Below, piece after piece: positions 6,805-10,671 of a stretch of 10,671 nucleotides of DNA. This DNA comes from Sulfurimonadaceae bacterium (GTDB lineage: Bacteria > Campylobacterota > Campylobacteria > Campylobacterales > Sulfurimonadaceae), in the NCBI GenBank assembly GCA_041562555.1, contig JBFEXS010000077.1, positions 1 to 10,671 of the forward strand, read 5' to 3'. The position numbers were made by a program, and so were the translations under genes. The notes below the pieces were generated by a model, which was not told the DNA's origin, made no database searches, and saw only the letters and a program-made list of their open reading frames with translations. Every line of letters begins with the position of its first letter. The first letter of the stretch is position 1.

Positions 6805-6813
6805 AGTATACCA
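6805..6813 (-). promoter_or_regulatory. Putative extended -10 promoter for thiS
   Basis: Minus strand TGgTATACT about 48 bp upstream of the ATG. Confidence 0.5.
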
Positions 6814-6876
6814 CTTCTTCAATCCAAAAGCTTTAGAGAAGAGTATTAGATCATTTTTATAATCTAGTGATTATCT

Positions 6877-7869
6877 CTAATCCTGTCTAAAACAGATCAT
6901 TTTAAAGCGTTCGCCTAAGAATGAAGGCATGATAAGCTGTTTCGCCCGTTCAAGCTCATGATTATAGATCTCTTCTCCACCCTGCTCTCTTAGCATCTGC
7001 AGGAGTTCAAGCAGCCCCATATCCACTAGGGCCAGGGCCTGAGTCTTGAATGACACCATCGGGATCCCTGCTTCTTCATAGGCATCCTTAAGGTGTTCAA
7101 ACGTCACATCATAGGTGATATCTGTCTTTGCAAACAAGCTCTCAAGGTCTATCCCTTCCTCAAAGAGTGGTATCACCTCATGCTCTTTATAGATACGGAT
7201 AGAGAAATCCGGACGCGCCTGCATCTCACCATAATCAAAGGTCATAAATTCAAACCGCTTGGCTGCACCTTTCATCTCCAAAGCGAATTCTTCGTATCCG
7301 ACCGCGATCTCACCTCTGTCTTTATGATACTTTTTTGCTTTTGCACTCAGTAAGTCATCTGCTGTTTCAAAGACGATCTTTCCCTCTTTCAAAGTCGCCA
7401 TCTTATCTTGATAGATCAATTCACAGGAAAAGGCGTCAAAGATCTCATTGGCAATGAAAAAAGCGGTGTCAAGATCAAGCTCGTTCAATGACTTCACATG
7501 TGAGAGTTTTACGGCATCCCCGAATGACTCTTCAAAATAACGGTCCTGCTCTTGCTGCAAAAAATCAAAACGCTCTACCGTTACAAATGAGAGTGTTTCC
7601 AAAAGCTCCGGTCTCAACGTATAGATAAACTGGACGATATCTGCACTCAGATATCCTCTGTGGGCACCGATCTCGCAGATAGTCGTATCTTTGGGCAAGA
7701 ACCCTTCATCAATCACGGAGATAATATGCTTGGCGATCGTCCCACCAAAAAACTTTGAGGTTGATACGGAAGTATAAAAGTCCCCTTCTTTCCCTATCTC
7801 TCTATACTCAGAATAGTATCCCGACTCCCCATAGAGCCAATCATACATATAATCACTAAACTTCATCAT
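6877..7869 (-). CDS. SAM-dependent methyltransferase, MidA/NDUFAF7 (DUF185) family
   Basis: Motifs FSDYM..LYGESGYY, IGKEGDFYTS, EIGAHRG, ANEIFDAF, FDYG, DITYDVTF, LGERFK. The start overlaps the upstream stop (TGATG); ATG at 7866 is an alternative start. Confidence 0.85.
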   Translation of the reverse strand: MMKFSDYMYDWLYGESGYYSEYREIGKEGDFYTSVSTSKFFGGTIAKHIISVIDEGFLPKDTTICEIGAHRGYLSADIVQFIYTLRPELLETLSFVTVERFDFLQQEQDRYFEESFGDAVKLSHVKSLNELDLDTAFFIANEIFDAFSCELIYQDKMATLKEGKIVFETADDLLSAKAKKYHKDRGEIAVGYEEFALEMKGAAKRFEFMTFDYGEMQARPDFSIRIYKEHEVIPLFEEGIDLESLFAKTDITYDVTFEHLKDAYEEAGIPMVSFKTQALALVDMGLLELLQMLREQGGEEIYNHELERAKQLIMPSFLGERFKMICFRQD

Positions 7870-9089
7870 CACTCTTCATTCATCAATTTTTCATACAGGT
7901 TCAAAAGTTCCAGCTGCTTTTCCAAACCGAAAAGTTCCTGATCAATCTTTTCAATAGCAAGGGAGTTTGTCAGGTTTTGAACATCATATTCTGTCTTGTA
8001 GCCTGCTTTATAGAGTTGATTGGTGTCTTCTAAAAGCTGGGCATATAATTTGGCATTTTCTATAGACAGTTCTGTCTTCTTTTTGAAGTTTTCAAGGTTT
8101 TGCGTCACCTGTTCATACAGCGCATGCATCTCACGCTTCTTGTCTTCCTCAAGTACCAAAGATTTCAAATATTCTACCTGAGCAGATTCGATGTCTCTCA
8201 AGGTATTAAAGTCCAAAGGCATAGTGGCTTTAAGTCCATAATTATAGTAGCTCGTCTCATTCGTAATCGATCCGGTCCCGGCGAATGACAGGTTCTCATT
8301 CTTATCCCAATTGTATCCTGCAGTGATACTGATTGAAGGAAGGTATTTCGAACGGGTGACATTTTTATTATAATAGTTCATCCTGGCTTCACTTTTGATC
8401 TGTTCAAGATCGATATTAAAACGTAAGAAATCCGATTCTTCCACAAGATCAAAATGCGGTGGTTCGACTTCATCATAAGCCACATCACTGATTGTTCCGA
8501 ACTTTGATATCAGCCGTTCCTTATTCGTCTGCAAGTCATATAGGACCTGTGTAACACGGTTTTTTTCAATGATAGCATTGTTCAAAAAACCCGAATCAAG
8601 CTGACCGTTCATGTATTGTTCTTTTTTCTGTTCAAGATTGATACGTGAATTGTCGATTTGAAGCTTTTGTTTGTCAATACGCAGATCTGTCTGTCTGATC
8701 TGTATCAATAAAGAGACCGCCTCTTTGATCATTTTACGCTTGGCGACATCAATACTGTAACGGTTATAGAGATAACTGGCTTCGGAAAACTTGATCCCGT
8801 AATAGATACCCCCACTTCTAAAAATAGGTTGATCCATCACAATAGCCGCGTTTTGCGCCTGTTGTGTGGGTGCACCCTGTTCATTATAGGGGTTGCGTTT
8901 TGATATACTGTAACGCAACTGAAGTGGTTGTATCCAAGAGTCTCTTAACTTCTTTTTCTCTAAAAGCGACTTCTCATAATCATAAGCGAAGGCTTCCGTC
9001 TTTGTCTGGGAAAGATACTCCTCTAAAGAGAGTTCTTCTGCACTTAAAGAGCCTAATAGCAACAGACTATAAAGAAGAGAGTGCTTCAT
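7869..9089 (-). CDS. TolC-family outer membrane efflux protein
   Basis: Likely start ATG 9089 gives a signal peptide (MKHSLLYSLLLLGSLSA). Two OEP-like halves: QPIFRSGG..YMNG and KYLPSISITAGY..YGLKATMPL..YKAG. Confidence 0.85.
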   Translation of the reverse strand: MKHSLLYSLLLLGSLSAEELSLEEYLSQTKTEAFAYDYEKSLLEKKKLRDSWIQPLQLRYSISKRNPYNEQGAPTQQAQNAAIVMDQPIFRSGGIYYGIKFSEASYLYNRYSIDVAKRKMIKEAVSLLIQIRQTDLRIDKQKLQIDNSRINLEQKKEQYMNGQLDSGFLNNAIIEKNRVTQVLYDLQTNKERLISKFGTISDVAYDEVEPPHFDLVEESDFLRFNIDLEQIKSEARMNYYNKNVTRSKYLPSISITAGYNWDKNENLSFAGTGSITNETSYYNYGLKATMPLDFNTLRDIESAQVEYLKSLVLEEDKKREMHALYEQVTQNLENFKKKTELSIENAKLYAQLLEDTNQLYKAGYKTEYDVQNLTNSLAIEKIDQELFGLEKQLELLNLYEKLMNEE

Positions 9090-10254
9090 CAAGACGTTTG
9101 AATCCCTCAGATATTTCATCATCACTGATCGTTAGCGGTGGCAAGAGTCGCAGGGTGTTTCGACCCGCTTTCAATACGAGCACACCATGTTCATGGGCTG
9201 CCTTGATGATCCGTGCCAGAGTATCCGCATCCTTGACCCGTAAGCCCCGCATCAGTCCAAAACCGACACTGCTGATAAACAGATCACTGTATTTTTCAAA
9301 AATTGCTTGAAGTTGTGTCTCAAACTTGATAAACGTTCTATCCAGGTCACCGGAATCTTTTAATTCCACTAAAATATCCATCACCTCGTTTGTCGCAGCT
9401 GTTGAGAGGTAGTTCCCGCCAAATGTCGAGCCATGATCACCTGCTTTAAGAACATCTTTCTTGGATGTCATCACGACACCGATCGGCACACCGCCTCCAA
9501 GACCTTTAGCCAGAGTGATGATGTCCGGCTCTATCTCGTATACGTTCGAAGCTAAAAACTCACCGGTACGGAAGACGCCGGTTTGCACCTCATCGATAAT
9601 GAGCAGGATATCCTTTGACTTTAACAGTTTTGCCAATGCCTGTACCTTTTGCTTATCCAATGGTTGTACACCGCCTTCACCCTGTACAAGTTCGATCATC
9701 ACCGCTACAGTATGGTCATCCAGCATACCCTCGATAGAATCGATATCGCTGGCATATGCGAAACCGTCAGGGAAAGGACCGAAATAGTTATGCATCGCTT
9801 CCTGACCCGTTGCCTTAAGTGCAGTGATCGTACGTCCGTGAAACGACTGATCCAGAGTGATAACCTTGTAACGCTTGCTTTCACCCTCTACTTCACCATA
9901 TTTGCGCGCAATTTTAATAGCGCCTTCATTCGCTTCTGCCCCTGAGTTCGCAAAAAAACACTGCATATCATATCCGCTTTGCTTAACGATACGCTCAGCA
10001 CATTTGACCTGAGGTTCGATCACGTACAGATTCGATATATGTGTTATTCGGCTGACCTGTTCACAAATCGCTTTGGCGACTCTGTCATTGGCATGTCCTA
10101 CACTGACAACACCGATACCTGAGGTAAAATCAATATATTCCTTTCCTTCATCATCTTTGATCGTCGCATTTTTTGCAGAGACGAAATTCGTATAATTCCG
10201 TCCGTAGGTCGGGATAATAAACTCTTTTTCTAATGCTTGTAAATTATTTGACAT
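9067..10254 (-). CDS. argD: Acetylornithine aminotransferase (class III PLP-dependent)
   Basis: Motifs DFTSGIGV..GH, NSGAEANEGAIK, SFHGRT, QGEGG, DEVQTG, LAKGLGGG, HGSTFGGN. RBS AAGGA. Confidence 0.9.
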   Translation of the reverse strand: MSNNLQALEKEFIIPTYGRNYTNFVSAKNATIKDDEGKEYIDFTSGIGVVSVGHANDRVAKAICEQVSRITHISNLYVIEPQVKCAERIVKQSGYDMQCFFANSGAEANEGAIKIARKYGEVEGESKRYKVITLDQSFHGRTITALKATGQEAMHNYFGPFPDGFAYASDIDSIEGMLDDHTVAVMIELVQGEGGVQPLDKQKVQALAKLLKSKDILLIIDEVQTGVFRTGEFLASNVYEIEPDIITLAKGLGGGVPIGVVMTSKKDVLKAGDHGSTFGGNYLSTAATNEVMDILVELKDSGDLDRTFIKFETQLQAIFEKYSDLFISSVGFGLMRGLRVKDADTLARIIKAAHEHGVLVLKAGRNTLRLLPPLTISDDEISEGFKRLDEALSSL

Positions 10255-10265
10255 AAAACTTCCTT

Positions 10266-10670
10266 TTACTGTTTTTCTTTAAATTCAATCTTGTATAACT
10301 GTGAAAACTGGCGCGGAGCCTTGATCACGATTTCTGTCCTGTATGAAGAGATATGTTCCGTATCACTTAAAGGCCAGATCTTGTCGATAGTGTAATCCGT
10401 CACCTCATCATTCAGATAAATCTTTTTGTCTTTGACACTCTTAACAGCATCTGCATTTAAAAAGACAATCAACTTTGCTTTAGAGATATCGGCCACTTCG
10501 GCCAGATTCATCCCGGCATTAACGACCTGTCCCTCAGTCACATAAAGTTTATAAAGGATCATCCCTTCAGCAGAAATATGTTTATCCTTGATTGAGCGTT
10601 GCAACTGTTCAAGACGAAGTTGAGTATCACTAAGCTGAGAGCTGATACTTTCGATCTTTTCCAGCGTGGA
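10266..10670 (-). CDS. HlyD / membrane-fusion (periplasmic adaptor) family protein, C-terminal part (5'-truncated)
   Basis: Frame is open to the window edge (STLEKIESISSQLSDTQLRLEQLQRSIKD, coiled-coil like), followed by a lipoyl-like half motif GMILYKLYVTEGQVVNAGMNLAEVAD and a beta-rich end. Confidence 0.7.
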   Translation of the reverse strand, partial: STLEKIESISSQLSDTQLRLEQLQRSIKDKHISAEGMILYKLYVTEGQVVNAGMNLAEVADISKAKLIVFLNADAVKSVKDKKIYLNDEVTDYTIDKIWPLSDTEHISSYRTEIVIKAPRQFSQLYKIEFKEKQ

Positions 10671-10671
10671 C

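Noticed and set aside
6758..6876. TPP riboswitch upstream of thiS
   Set aside because: No CTGAGA-type conserved core is visible. There is only a weak AT-rich hairpin (6847-6866) and a promoter-like box.
9090..9125. Longer N-terminus of the TolC ORF given in the ORF track
   Set aside because: It lies deeper inside argD, and the signal peptide begins at ATG 9089.
1031..9945. Other overlapping or antisense ORFs in the track (e.g. 1902-2435, 3123-3443, 4940-5392, 8864-9310, 9461-9787)
   Set aside because: They overlap well-supported genes and show no recognisable motifs.

Overview
Bacterial chromosomal window, most likely from a Campylobacterota genome (Sulfurimonas-like). This is an inference from the fliL-acpS synteny, the gnTAyAAT -10 boxes and the protein style. 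Positions 1-899 are the distal end of an AT-rich integron cassette array: two 72-bp, ~93% identical attC sites follow two small genes for membrane-anchored proteins of unknown function. The array ends about 100 bp upstream of radA, which is full-length but interrupted by one in-frame TAA. Directly after radA is a ~180-bp non-coding element made of a long hairpin plus a tandem pair of repeats whose sequences differ but whose minus-strand fold is conserved by compensatory changes. The rest is a divergent pxpB-pxpA-pxpC (5-oxoprolinase-like) operon, a stand-alone mlaE, fliL-acpS, thiS, and a minus-strand operon of membrane-fusion protein (partial), argD, TolC-family protein and MidA/NDUFAF7-like methyltransferase. 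No integrase, RNA gene or CRISPR array is visible in the window.
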